From Pyrinomonadaceae bacterium (GTDB lineage: Bacteria > Acidobacteriota > Blastocatellia > Pyrinomonadales > Pyrinomonadaceae), in the NCBI GenBank assembly GCA_046313635.1, contig JBKBYA010000010.1, positions 32,001 to 96,000 of the forward strand: a DNA stretch of 64,000 nt, written 5' to 3'. Both the position numbers and the translations under genes were made by a program. The notes under the pieces were generated by a model. It was not told the DNA's origin, did no database searches, and saw only the letters and a list, made by a program, of their open reading frames with translations. Shown one piece after another: positions 37,769 through 47,577 of the stretch (its first letter is position 1; each line of letters begins with the position of its first letter).

Positions 37769-40435
37769 TCACTGGACGTTCGCCACTTTGTACACCGATC
37801 TGATCCGGCCCGCCGGGCGCTGAGCTGTCTTTGCCTCGCCGACGACCCGTTTTGTTCTCAGATAGACGGTTATCTGCGCTCCCTGCGACGAGCCCTTCTC
37901 GCCGTCCTCGACCCGCGCAGGATCGCCGCGCAGGACGGCGACCTCGTCCTCGGCAGTGTACTGCACCCAGCTCCCCGCCGCCCGCCGGCCGGGCTGCGTG
38001 ATGACGACATTCTGCTCGGCAATGGTCTTTGAAAGTTCGTTGCGGTCGCTCAAATAGACGTCGGCCGACTCGGCGGTGATCCGGTCTGTCCCCTGACGGA
38101 TATCGACGCTGCTGCGGTAGCCGATCACACGCGTGTCGCGCGAATAGGACATCGTCGCCGACGACGCGAAAACGGGGACGGCGTCGGCCCTTCCCTTTTG
38201 CTTCACGTCGTACAGCGCGCTCTGCACATTGCCCTCTGCGTAAAACTCGCCCGAACGCTGTCGAATGACGAATTTGTCTGCGCGGACGAAGTTGTTCTCC
38301 TGCCAGCCGCGAGCGTTGCCCGAATAGACGCCGATCTCCTGCAGGTTGTCGAACTCGGCCGTATCCGCCGTCACAAAAACAGGCTTGTCGCCGCTTGCGA
38401 AAGGCGCGGCGTCCTTCATCTGCCGGCGGCTGTAATATGTCGAGCTGACCGACGAACGAAAGTAAGTCTTCTGATTCGCCGTGTCCCAGTCGATCTCGCC
38501 GGCCTTGACCCTCGCCGTCGAATCCCACGCTGTCGGCTCGCCGCCGCGCAGCCGCACCGTTCTGTCGCCCTGCGTAAAGGTCATCGCCGCGGCGACGGCG
38601 TTGCGATCGAGCTCTGTGAACTTTGCGTTGCCCTCGGCGTCGAGCCGCTCGACGTCGCGAGAGTCGGCGCCGAATGACGCGCTTATCCGGTCCGCGACGA
38701 GCGTCTGCTCGCCTCGCCCTTCGGCTGCGACGGTCGGCACGCGGACGGTCTTTGTCTTTGTCGCTCCGACGCAGATCTTTGCGTTGTTGCCCGTGTCGTA
38801 AAAGTCGCAGGTGAACCTCGGCGCCGTAATTGTCGTGCGGTAATTCTCGGCCGACGCGCGCAGCGGCTCGACGTAGACCTCGGCATTGCCGCTCGCCTCG
38901 GCACGCTGAATGTTCTTGCCCGCGGCGTCAAAGGTCGTCGTTACGCTGTCGGCGGTCAGGCGCTTGTTTGCGGCGTCAGGCCGGCTGTCGGGCGCGTTGA
39001 GCTGAATGGTCGTGCGCCCCTGCGTCGTCATCCGGTCGAGAGCGCCTTCGCCCTTGAACGCGAGCTTGATGGCCCGCGGCGACGACATCGTGATGCGCGT
39101 GAATTCGTCCGGCCTTGCAGGGACGATCACGGCGGTCGCGTTATCGACGGCCTCGGCAGTTCGCAGCCGCGCGTCATCGCCGAGATCGGCGGTCAGCTTT
39201 TCGGCCGCGGCCTGCACGGTCTGGTCCGGAGTCGTTTGACGGACAAGGGCCGAGCCCGTGACGCGCGCATTCCTGAGCCGGCGTGCGGCGTTGAAGAACG
39301 CTTCGGCCCGGTCGCCCTTGAGATAGTTGATACCCTGCGTTATCTCGGCGCCGCCGCTCAATTCGACGCGTCCGCTGGACTGCCAGTAGACCGCCGCGGT
39401 GGACCGAATGTCGGCCGGATTCCCTTCTTTGGTCGTGACGATATGGACCGCGTCGCGCAGATCGAAGCGATCAGCCGGCCGGTCGTATGACGCGTAGCCG
39501 GCGTCGATCGTCGTCGCGGCTGAGCCGCTCTGTTCGCTCGAGATCGAGACGCTCTCAAAAAGCTCGACCTTTGTCAGCTGAGGCTGCGACGCGGCGTCGC
39601 TCTGCGAGATCGACGCGAGCGCGCGGGCCGAGCGGCTCGTGATCGTCTGCTGCTGCGACGAACCGTCGCGGCGATGAACGATAGCCTCCACCGCGTCGCG
39701 CAATTCGATGATCTGCCTTTGCTGGTCGAACGCCGCCCACCCCGACCTGAGACTCGCCTGCTTGAGGCCCTGCGGCGTGTCTTCGGACTCCGCGATGTCG
39801 ATCGCGACGTCCCTGAGCATTTCAAGCCGCTTGGCCGCTACATTCACCGTCGCGCCGAAGCACGACCCCGAGACGTTGTCGCGGCTGAAGGTCACGGCCT
39901 CGTCCGCCTCGGCGGTCTCGGTCGATTTGGCGTAAACCAGATGCTCGGTCTCGACGTGCAGCCGGTCGCGCGTGTCGATGTCGACATCGCCCGAGAGATA
40001 GACCGTAAAATTCTTGTTCTCCTCGGGAATGTAGAGTGCCTTTTGTGCCTTCAACTTGTCGGCCGTGCTGCCGGCATCGTCATAAATCTCGATATAGACA
40101 TTCTCGAGCTCTTGATGATTATCGGTATACGTGCGGGTAAGGTCGGCCCTGACAAGATACTTGCGCACATTGCCGTCGGTCTCGAGCCGCTCGTAGCCGC
40201 TGACCTCCGCGACGACCTCGGTCGAGAGCCGCGTGTGCTCGCTGCGCAGACGAAAGGCGGGCTTGGTCTTTTCGATATAGAACCCGATGCCGACGATCAA
40301 CACCGAGGCGGCCATCGCGGCGACGGCGGCCCACCGAGCGACGAGCGGCAGCCTGGCACGAATGCGGAAATCGTTTGTCTTGGAATCTGGATCGGGCACC
40401 GGCTCAATTATCTGTTCTGAGGTCCTCGACGACAA
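37769..40435 (-). CDS. LptC/LptA(OstA) multi-domain fusion, LPS periplasmic bridge
   Basis: N-terminal TM, LptC-like domain and repeated beta-jellyroll segments; occupies the lptC-lptA position before lptB. Start uncertain. Confidence 0.82.
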   Translation of the reverse strand: MSSRTSEQIIEPVPDPDSKTNDFRIRARLPLVARWAAVAAMAASVLIVGIGFYIEKTKPAFRLRSEHTRLSTEVVAEVSGYERLETDGNVRKYLVRADLTRTYTDNHQELENVYIEIYDDAGSTADKLKAQKALYIPEENKNFTVYLSGDVDIDTRDRLHVETEHLVYAKSTETAEADEAVTFSRDNVSGSCFGATVNVAAKRLEMLRDVAIDIAESEDTPQGLKQASLRSGWAAFDQQRQIIELRDAVEAIVHRRDGSSQQQTITSRSARALASISQSDAASQPQLTKVELFESVSISSEQSGSAATTIDAGYASYDRPADRFDLRDAVHIVTTKEGNPADIRSTAAVYWQSSGRVELSGGAEITQGINYLKGDRAEAFFNAARRLRNARVTGSALVRQTTPDQTVQAAAEKLTADLGDDARLRTAEAVDNATAVIVPARPDEFTRITMSSPRAIKLAFKGEGALDRMTTQGRTTIQLNAPDSRPDAANKRLTADSVTTTFDAAGKNIQRAEASGNAEVYVEPLRASAENYRTTITAPRFTCDFYDTGNNAKICVGATKTKTVRVPTVAAEGRGEQTLVADRISASFGADSRDVERLDAEGNAKFTELDRNAVAAAMTFTQGDRTVRLRGGEPTAWDSTARVKAGEIDWDTANQKTYFRSSVSSTYYSRRQMKDAAPFASGDKPVFVTADTAEFDNLQEIGVYSGNARGWQENNFVRADKFVIRQRSGEFYAEGNVQSALYDVKQKGRADAVPVFASSATMSYSRDTRVIGYRSSVDIRQGTDRITAESADVYLSDRNELSKTIAEQNVVITQPGRRAAGSWVQYTAEDEVAVLRGDPARVEDGEKGSSQGAQITVYLRTKRVVGEAKTAQRPAGRIRSVYKVANVQ

Positions 40436-42107
40436 GTTGCAGGCGCGTCGAACCCTGCCATCTGTTTGCCTCGGCGACGTACGCGAGTTCGATGCGTTTG
40501 CCGGATCTGAGAGTTTGCCCTTTTGAACGCTCGACGCCGTCCCACCACACGGCCTCGAAACGCCTTCCCGACGTCGACAGCAGGCGCATCTTGAGATGCT
40601 TGTCCTTCATCACGAGCGGTTCGCCGTCGAGAGCCAGGTCCTTGGTGACAAAGACCGGCTTTGGATTGCCCGCGCCAAAGGGCTCAAAAGCGGCGAGCGC
40701 CTCGACGAGCCTGAGATCGAGTGTCTCGGCCGAGACGTGCGCGTCGATGTGAAGCTCCGGAATGAGCCTTTCGCCGCTCAGCAGCTCGGCGGCATGGGCG
40801 CACAGCCGCTCGCGGAGGGCGTCGATGTGCTCGCATTTGATCTTCATCCCGGCGGCCGCGGCATGCCCGCCAAACTGCTCAAAGAGCTCGGCGCAAGACT
40901 CAAGCGCGTTCAGCAGATGATAATCGCCGACGCTGCGCGCGCTGCCGTGAGCGTGACCGTCGTCGTCGATCGAGAGAACGATCGTTGGGCGATAGAGCCG
41001 CTCGGCGATCCGCGAAGCGGCAAGACCGATCACGCCGCGGTGCCAGCCGCGGCCGGCGACGACGACAAAGTTCTGATCGCCGCGAAGCGAAGATTCCTCG
41101 AGCGCGAGCTCGGTGATCCGCTGCTGCATCTGCTGGCGTTCGCGATTGCGGCTGTCGAGCATCGCGGCGAGCTCGCGGGCCTTTTCGAATGTCTCGGCCT
41201 CAAAGAGCTCGATGACGTGCCGGGCGACGTCCATTCGGCCGGCGGCGTTGATGCGCGGAGCGATGCGAAACCCGATGTGATAGCTCGTCATCTCGCTCGT
41301 ACAGTCGGCGACCTCCATCAAGGCCTTGAGGCCGTAATTGCGCGTATTCGGCAGGTCGCGGAGCCCGAGCGCGACGATCGCGCGGTTTTCGCCGTCGAGC
41401 TTCATTATGTCGGCGATGGTGCCGATCGCGGCGATCTTGAGAAATGCCGGGACGAGATGCTCCTTTTCAAAATGCCGCAGCAAAGCGTGCGCGAGCTTGA
41501 ACGCGACGCCGACGCCGGCGAGATGCTTGTCTGGGTAGGCGCAGTCGGGCTGATTCGGGTTGACGACCGCGACCGCTGGCGGATTGCCGCGAACTTCGTC
41601 CGAGAGGTGATGATCGGTGACGATCACGTCGAGCCCATTCGCCGCCGCCCACTCGAGCGGCTCAAAGCTGCGAATGCCGCAGTCCACGCTGATCACGAGC
41701 GAAAAGCCGTCGGCCTTTGCCTTCTCGAGCTCCGGAGTGTTGATGCCGTAGCCCTCTGTGAACCGGTTGGGGACGTGATAGCCCGTTTCGGCGCCGATCA
41801 GCGAGAGGGCCTTTCGCAGTAGGACCGTGCCGGTCGTGCCGTCGACGTCGTAGTCGCCCCAGATCAGTATTTTCTCTTTTGCCGCGACGGCCTTGAGGAT
41901 GCGTTCGACGGCCGCGTCGAGTCCCTTGAGGAGCCGCGGGTCGTGGAGATGCTCGATCGAAGGTTTGAGAAAGCGTTCGGCCGCTTCGGGGGTTGTCTTG
42001 CCGCGGGCGATCAGAAGCGCGGCGACGAGCGGCGCGACGCCGAGCTCGGCGGCGAGGGCGCGTACGGCGGCGTGATCATGTTTTTTGACGACCCAACGTT
42101 TTTGCAT
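40404..42107 (-). CDS. recJ: ssDNA exonuclease RecJ
   Basis: GDYDVDG, DCG, TDHH, PRINAAGR and GGHAAAAG. Confidence 0.97.
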   Translation of the reverse strand: MQKRWVVKKHDHAAVRALAAELGVAPLVAALLIARGKTTPEAAERFLKPSIEHLHDPRLLKGLDAAVERILKAVAAKEKILIWGDYDVDGTTGTVLLRKALSLIGAETGYHVPNRFTEGYGINTPELEKAKADGFSLVISVDCGIRSFEPLEWAAANGLDVIVTDHHLSDEVRGNPPAVAVVNPNQPDCAYPDKHLAGVGVAFKLAHALLRHFEKEHLVPAFLKIAAIGTIADIMKLDGENRAIVALGLRDLPNTRNYGLKALMEVADCTSEMTSYHIGFRIAPRINAAGRMDVARHVIELFEAETFEKARELAAMLDSRNRERQQMQQRITELALEESSLRGDQNFVVVAGRGWHRGVIGLAASRIAERLYRPTIVLSIDDDGHAHGSARSVGDYHLLNALESCAELFEQFGGHAAAAGMKIKCEHIDALRERLCAHAAELLSGERLIPELHIDAHVSAETLDLRLVEALAAFEPFGAGNPKPVFVTKDLALDGEPLVMKDKHLKMRLLSTSGRRFEAVWWDGVERSKGQTLRSGKRIELAYVAEANRWQGSTRLQLVVEDLRTDN

Positions 42108-42133
42108 GCAAAACCGGACTGACGCGGCACGGC

Positions 42134-43027
42134 TCATCTCATCACGGGACTGATCATTCCAAGCCACAAGAGCACGAGCAGCACCGAGCCGAGGACGATA
42201 CGATAGATGATGAATATGGCCGTCGAGTTTCTACGCAGAAATGCGAGCAGGAACCAGATCGAGAGATAGCCGACGACCGCCGATATGACGGTCGCGACGA
42301 TGAGCGGCGTCAGGCTCTCGGCGGGCAATATCCGGAGAGCTTCGCGCAGCTCGAGCAGGCCGCTCGCGGTGATCGCCGGGATCGAGAGCAAAAAGGAAAA
42401 ACGCGCCGCAGTCTCGCGCCGCTGCCCGGCAAGCAGTCCGCCCATAATGGTCGAGCCCGAGCGGCTCGCGCCGGGCATCAGGGCGAGGACCTGCGCAAGA
42501 CCGACGACGAGCGCGTCGCCGACGCCGAGATGCCGGATGTCCTTTCGCTGCGAGCCGACGACCTCGGCGAGCGCGAGCAGCACCGCGATCGCGATGAGCA
42601 TTACCGAGATGATCCAGAGATTTTTGGTCCCCTCGCCCTCGATGAATTCCTTGGCGAGGATGCCGACCGTGCCGATCGGGATCGAGCCGATAATGACGAG
42701 CCAGCCGAGCCACGCTTCTTCCGATAGCCAGATCGGCCGCACGCCGTCGGTACCCGAGAAGCGCATCTTCCGCTTGTGCGTCAGGTAATGCCAGTGGTCG
42801 CGTATAAAGGCCGACACGATCGACAGGATGTCGCCGGCAAAGTAGACAAAGACGGCGGCGAGCGTCCCGAGCTGAATGACGGCGATCGTCGCCGTTATCT
42901 GCTGCGGATCGCCGTTGTAGATATTGGTCCAGCGGCTCGCAAAGACGAGATGGGCGGTCGAGCTGACTGGGATGAATTCGGTCAGACCCTGGACGATCCC
43001 GAGGATGATGGCACTGATGAGATCCAT
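42134..43027 (-). CDS. uppP: Undecaprenyl-diphosphatase
   Basis: QGLTEFIPVSSTAH, PGASRSGST and AARFSFLL. Confidence 0.96.
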   Translation of the reverse strand: MDLISAIILGIVQGLTEFIPVSSTAHLVFASRWTNIYNGDPQQITATIAVIQLGTLAAVFVYFAGDILSIVSAFIRDHWHYLTHKRKMRFSGTDGVRPIWLSEEAWLGWLVIIGSIPIGTVGILAKEFIEGEGTKNLWIISVMLIAIAVLLALAEVVGSQRKDIRHLGVGDALVVGLAQVLALMPGASRSGSTIMGGLLAGQRRETAARFSFLLSIPAITASGLLELREALRILPAESLTPLIVATVISAVVGYLSIWFLLAFLRRNSTAIFIIYRIVLGSVLLVLLWLGMISPVMR

Positions 43028-43068
43028 TGAATGAGTGTGAGCTGCGCGGCCGTCGCGAGATGATAGAA

Positions 43069-43097
43069 ATTGTCCCCTTAAATCCGAACGGCGTCAA
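43069..43097 (-). promoter_or_regulatory. Candidate internal sigma70 promoter upstream of uppP
   Basis: TTGACG-N17-GACAAT on the minus strand. Confidence 0.55.
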
Positions 43098-43112
43098 AAA
43101 CCGGCACTATCG

Positions 43113-43892
43113 CTACTCTCTGTAACGAGCCCGGCCGGCGATGCGGTCGTACATCCATGCCGGCATTATCTTGCCCGCGCGGACGATCGCCGCGAGCTGC
43201 CACGGGAAAGCGGCGAACTTTTTCCGCCGCTCGATCGCGCGCACAAAAAGTGGAACGGCATCCTCGAGCTCCATCAAAAAAGGCATCTTGCTGGCCCGGC
43301 CCGAGGTCAGCGGCGTGCGGATGAATCCCGGCTGCACGATCGTCACGTCGACGCCGCGAGCCTGCACGTCGAGGCGTACGCTCTCAAAGAACGCGGTCAT
43401 CGCGGCCTTGCTCGCCGAGTAAGCCGCCGATCTCGGCAATCCTCGCACGCCGGCGAGGCTCGATATCGCGACGAGCTGCCCGCGGCCACGCTCGAGCATG
43501 CCCGGCAGCACGGCATGAACGGCATTGACGGCGCCCATCAGGTTGACGTCGACGACACGTCTGATCGCCTCGGGCTCGAGCGAACGCGTCGCCTCGTCGT
43601 TGCCGCCGATACCGGCATTGGCGATGAGCACGTCGACGCGGCCAAACCTCTCTACGGTCTGCCGGACCGCATCGCTCACCGCCGCCGCGTCGACGACGTC
43701 GAGCGGCAGCGAGAGGGCTTCACCGCCTGAGCTCTCGCACACCTGACGCAGGCGCTCGAGCTCGGCCTCACGGCGGGCGATAAGCCCCAGCTTCGCACCT
43801 CGCTTGGCGAGCGACGCGGCGAGAGCCTCGCCGATGCCGCTCGAGGCTCCGGTGATCAACACTACTTCTTTGCTCCAGTCGCGTCGCATCAT
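43113..43892 (-). CDS. SDR family oxidoreductase
   Basis: TGASSGIG, NAG and YSASK. Confidence 0.95.
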   Translation of the reverse strand: MMRRDWSKEVVLITGASSGIGEALAASLAKRGAKLGLIARREAELERLRQVCESSGGEALSLPLDVVDAAAVSDAVRQTVERFGRVDVLIANAGIGGNDEATRSLEPEAIRRVVDVNLMGAVNAVHAVLPGMLERGRGQLVAISSLAGVRGLPRSAAYSASKAAMTAFFESVRLDVQARGVDVTIVQPGFIRTPLTSGRASKMPFLMELEDAVPLFVRAIERRKKFAAFPWQLAAIVRAGKIMPAWMYDRIAGRARYRE

Positions 43893-43895
43893 GTT

Positions 43896-44366
43896 TCAGC
43901 AAAGGTCCGATACGTGCTCGCCGAGGACCTTTAACGCCGCGGCGAGAGCGTCCTGCTTGATCAGCAGATGATCCCGCGAAAAGGCTGATACCGGTACGAT
44001 CGGGATGCCAGCGTCGGCAAGCGTCGCCGACACCGCGGCCATGAATCCGACCACATCGAACCCGAGCTCGATATCGAACGTCAGCATCCTGAAGCCGCTC
44101 TCGACCCGCGCTCCGCCGATCGCCGAACGCATCTTCGACAGATCGCCGTCGCTTAACAGCAGCGTGACCTCGTATCGATCGACGAGGATCATGAACGGCG
44201 CCTCGCCGCCGCCGGGACTGACGCTCGGGTCGCCGAGCAGCTTTGCAAAAGCCGCGCGATCGATCGAGACGAGCGCAAACGTCTCGGGCGCGACGACGAC
44301 CTTTGCATCGCGGAGCAGCGAGCGTGCGTCAGGCCGAGGCATGGTGATGTCCGTCGAATTCGGCAT
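43896..44366 (-). CDS. ACT-domain protein (ACT_7/CASTOR-like)
   Basis: EVTLL, LGFDVVGFMAAVSATLADAGI and SAFSRDHLLI. Start may instead be the ATG at 44342. Confidence 0.8.
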   Translation of the reverse strand: MPNSTDITMPRPDARSLLRDAKVVVAPETFALVSIDRAAFAKLLGDPSVSPGGGEAPFMILVDRYEVTLLLSDGDLSKMRSAIGGARVESGFRMLTFDIELGFDVVGFMAAVSATLADAGIPIVPVSAFSRDHLLIKQDALAAALKVLGEHVSDLC

Positions 44367-45795
44367 TCAATTTGTTGACAGCGTTATTCAAGATCTCGAG
44401 CAGCGTATCGACCGTCTTCAGATGCGTGCGAAATGCGAGACACGCAAACCGCAGCGTGTACTTGCCGTCGAGCACCGTCGACGAGATAAAGGCGCGGCCG
44501 TCGGTGACGACCTCTTCGAGCAGGCGGCGGTTGAACTCGTCCGCGTCGCCGTGCTCGGGCCGGTAGCGATAGACGACGACCGAAAGCTCAGGCTCGAGCG
44601 GGCATTCAAAGCCGAGCTTTTGGACCTGGTCGTAAAAGTATCGAGCGAGCAGCAATTTTTCTTCGAGACAGGCCCGAAACGGGGCGAGACCGTGCAGCTT
44701 GAGCGGCAGCCAAAGCCGGAGGCCGCGGAAATGCTTTGTCAGCTCGGGCGACAGCTCGGCGGGCGAGGGTTCGTCAGTCGAAGAGCTTGCGTCCTGCATA
44801 TAGTTCGCCGTGTAGTAATGCGATCGGCCGAGCTTGTCGGCGTCTCGCACGAGCACGACACCCGAGCCGTAAGGCAGAAAGAGTCCCTTGTGCGGATCGA
44901 TGACAAGCGAATTAGAGAGCTCCATTCCGCGAAGCTTCTGCTTCCCGTCTTCCGTCAAAACAAAATAGCCGCCGTACGCCGCATCGACGTGAAACCAGAG
45001 GCCCTCGGCCCGCGCGATCTCGCCGATCTCGACAAGCGGATCGATCGCCCCGACATCGGTCGTGCCGGCCGATGCGATGACGAGAAACGGCCTGAGTCCT
45101 GCGGCGCGATCGGCGTCGATCTGCTCGGCGAGAGCCGACGGGACGATGCGATATTTTTCGTCAAGAGGCAGATGGCGGATCACGCATTCCGCGAGCCCGG
45201 CGATGCGTATCGCCTTGTCGATCGAATGATGTGCCTGCTCGGAGAGATAAATGACCGAACGCGGAATTTCAGTCGAGGTCACGCCCTGCGCGTCGCGGGC
45301 CGTGACGATGCCGATCAGATTCGCGATGCTCCCGCCCGACGTCAAATTGCCGCCGGCCGTCGCCGGATAACCGACGAGGTCGGCCATCCAGCGGATGAGC
45401 ATGTTCTCCATCCGCACCGCGCCGGGGCTCGCATAAAAGACGCCGGCATATCGATTGAAAACGTCCGCGAGATAATCGCCCAGCGCCGAATAATAAATAC
45501 CGCCGCCCGGGATGTAGCCGAGATGCCCGCCCGACGCCGGGTTGAGCCCGGGCGTGTCGACATTCTCGGCGATCAGGCCGAGCGCCTCGTCGATATCGAT
45601 ACCGTCCTCCGCGATCGGCGACGTCAGCAGGGCGGCACCTTTTTCGTCGCTTCGATTGTAGGCGTTGATCGAGTCAATACGGTCAAGGAATCGTTCCGCA
45701 TAATCGACGACGGCGGAGCGGGCGGCGGCACGCGCATCGGGCGTCGGATCGAGCTTGCGGGCCTGGTTTTCGAGTGCGACGATCTGTTCTCTCAT
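44329..45795 (-). CDS. Group II PLP-dependent amino-acid decarboxylase (aromatic-type)
   Basis: TSGGS.AN, AHHSIDKA, AGTT..GAID, HVDAAYGG and DPHK. Confidence 0.92.
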   Translation of the reverse strand: MREQIVALENQARKLDPTPDARAAARSAVVDYAERFLDRIDSINAYNRSDEKGAALLTSPIAEDGIDIDEALGLIAENVDTPGLNPASGGHLGYIPGGGIYYSALGDYLADVFNRYAGVFYASPGAVRMENMLIRWMADLVGYPATAGGNLTSGGSIANLIGIVTARDAQGVTSTEIPRSVIYLSEQAHHSIDKAIRIAGLAECVIRHLPLDEKYRIVPSALAEQIDADRAAGLRPFLVIASAGTTDVGAIDPLVEIGEIARAEGLWFHVDAAYGGYFVLTEDGKQKLRGMELSNSLVIDPHKGLFLPYGSGVVLVRDADKLGRSHYYTANYMQDASSSTDEPSPAELSPELTKHFRGLRLWLPLKLHGLAPFRACLEEKLLLARYFYDQVQKLGFECPLEPELSVVVYRYRPEHGDADEFNRRLLEEVVTDGRAFISSTVLDGKYTLRFACLAFRTHLKTVDTLLEILNNAVNKLNAEFDGHHHASA

Positions 45796-45829
45796 TTCGC
45801 TGTAACGGAGGTCGTAGGCACAGCAGTCG

Positions 45830-47491
45830 TTAAACCTCGACGACCGTCGTTACGATGACGGGTTTACTTTGGATCTTTTGCTGGACGTAGCGCTTGAGAT
45901 GTATGCGCAGGTTCTCTTTGAAGACGGCCTTGTCGGCGATCTGTTCGCGTTTCATCTCTGAGATAGCCTCCGAGATCGCCTCGCGGGCCGACGCGGCAAA
46001 GCCGTTCGTCGGGTCGACGCCGGCCACGCCGTGAAACGTGATGTGCGGCTCGCCGGCGAGCTGGTGCGTCTTTTTGTCGATCGTTACGACGAGAGAGATG
46101 GCGCCGCCGTAAGCGAGCTTTTTGCGTTCGCGGACGACGTCGTATTCGACCTCGCCGAGCGATTCTTCGTCGATGAAGGTCTTGTGCAGCTCGTGCCGCT
46201 CGACGATGCGCGCGCCGAATTCGTCGAGCTCGAGCACGTCGCCGTTCTCGATCAGGATGATGTTCTGATCGTTATAGCCGGCAACGTGATTCTTGATGAA
46301 TTCCTTTTGCCTGAAGAGCATCCTGTACTCGCCGTGGATGGGCACGACGAATTTTGGCCGCGCGGTCTCGACCATGATTTGAATGTCCTCCTGCGAGGCG
46401 TGGCCCGAGACGTGGACGAGGCGGCGCTTCTCTTCGATGATATTCGCGCCGCGTTTGTACAGATGGCCGATCAGGCGGCTGATGTGTCGCTCGTTGCCGG
46501 GAATGATGCGTGCCGAGAGGACGACGGTGTCGCCCTTTTCGACCTCGAGGCCTTTGTAGGTCGAGGTCGCCATGTTCCAGAGGGCGGCGCGGTTCTCGCC
46601 CTGCGAACCTGTGACGAGATAAACGATCTCGTCGTCGTCAAGAGCTCGCGACTCGCCGAGCTCGACAAGCGTGTCGTCGGGCACGCGGAGCAGGCCGAGG
46701 TCCGACGCGATCTCGACATTTTTCATCATCGAGCGGCCGAGCACACAGACCTTGCGGCCAAACTCGTGCGCGAGGTCAAAGATGATCTGGATGCGGTGCA
46801 GCGACGATGAGAACGTCGCCACGATCATACGTCCCTCTGTCTGCTCAAAGATCTCTTCAAATGCCGGGATGACCGCTCGCTCAGACGGCGTTCGGCCCGG
46901 AACGGTCGCATTCGTCGAGTCGCACAGCAGAGCGAGCACGCCGTCGTCGCCGATCCGCCGCAGCAGGTCGAGATCGTACGGTTTGCCGATGACCGGCGTG
47001 TCGTCGATCTTGTAATCTCCCGTGTGGATGAGCGTGCCGACCGGCGTGTGGATCGCGACCGAGAAGCACTCGACAAGCGAGTGCGATGCGTGGATGAACT
47101 CGAGCTTGAAGCTGCCGACCTCGACCACGTCACCGGCCGACACGCGGTGCATCAGCACGTCGTCGAGCATATTGTGCTCGTCAAGCCGTTTCTCGGTCAG
47201 GGCGAGCGTGAAGCGCGAGCCGTAAACCGGCAGGTTGAATTTGCGCAGAATGTACGGCAAAGCGCCGATGTGGTCCTCATGCCCGTGGGTCAGCACGAGC
47301 GCGGTGAGGTCGTCGCGATACTCCTCGAGAAAGTCGAAATTAGGTATCGAGATGTCGACACCGAACGGCGTTTCCTCCGGAAAGCCCATACCCGCGTCGA
47401 TGACGATCATCTCGTCACCGTAGCGGATGCCCATGCAGTTCATTCCGAATTCGCCGATCCCGCCAAGCGGGATGATCTCGATCTTGTCCAC
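45830..47491 (-). CDS. rnj: Ribonuclease J
   Basis: THGHEDHIG, TGDYK, GSQGE, HVSGHA and PIHGE. GTG start assumed. Confidence 0.96.
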   Translation of the reverse strand: MDKIEIIPLGGIGEFGMNCMGIRYGDEMIVIDAGMGFPEETPFGVDISIPNFDFLEEYRDDLTALVLTHGHEDHIGALPYILRKFNLPVYGSRFTLALTEKRLDEHNMLDDVLMHRVSAGDVVEVGSFKLEFIHASHSLVECFSVAIHTPVGTLIHTGDYKIDDTPVIGKPYDLDLLRRIGDDGVLALLCDSTNATVPGRTPSERAVIPAFEEIFEQTEGRMIVATFSSSLHRIQIIFDLAHEFGRKVCVLGRSMMKNVEIASDLGLLRVPDDTLVELGESRALDDDEIVYLVTGSQGENRAALWNMATSTYKGLEVEKGDTVVLSARIIPGNERHISRLIGHLYKRGANIIEEKRRLVHVSGHASQEDIQIMVETARPKFVVPIHGEYRMLFRQKEFIKNHVAGYNDQNIILIENGDVLELDEFGARIVERHELHKTFIDEESLGEVEYDVVRERKKLAYGGAISLVVTIDKKTHQLAGEPHITFHGVAGVDPTNGFAASAREAISEAISEMKREQIADKAVFKENLRIHLKRYVQQKIQSKPVIVTTVVEV

Positions 47492-47527
47492 TAAAAACCC
47501 CTTAATCCGCAATAATTATGAATCGAC

Positions 47528-47536
47528 AGTATAGCA
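47528..47536 (-). promoter_or_regulatory. Extended -10 element upstream of rnj
   Basis: TGcTATACT on the minus strand. Confidence 0.5.
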
Positions 47537-47577
47537 CGCGCAGCCTCCGGGCGAGGTCACGGCCCGCCCGTTTGCGT

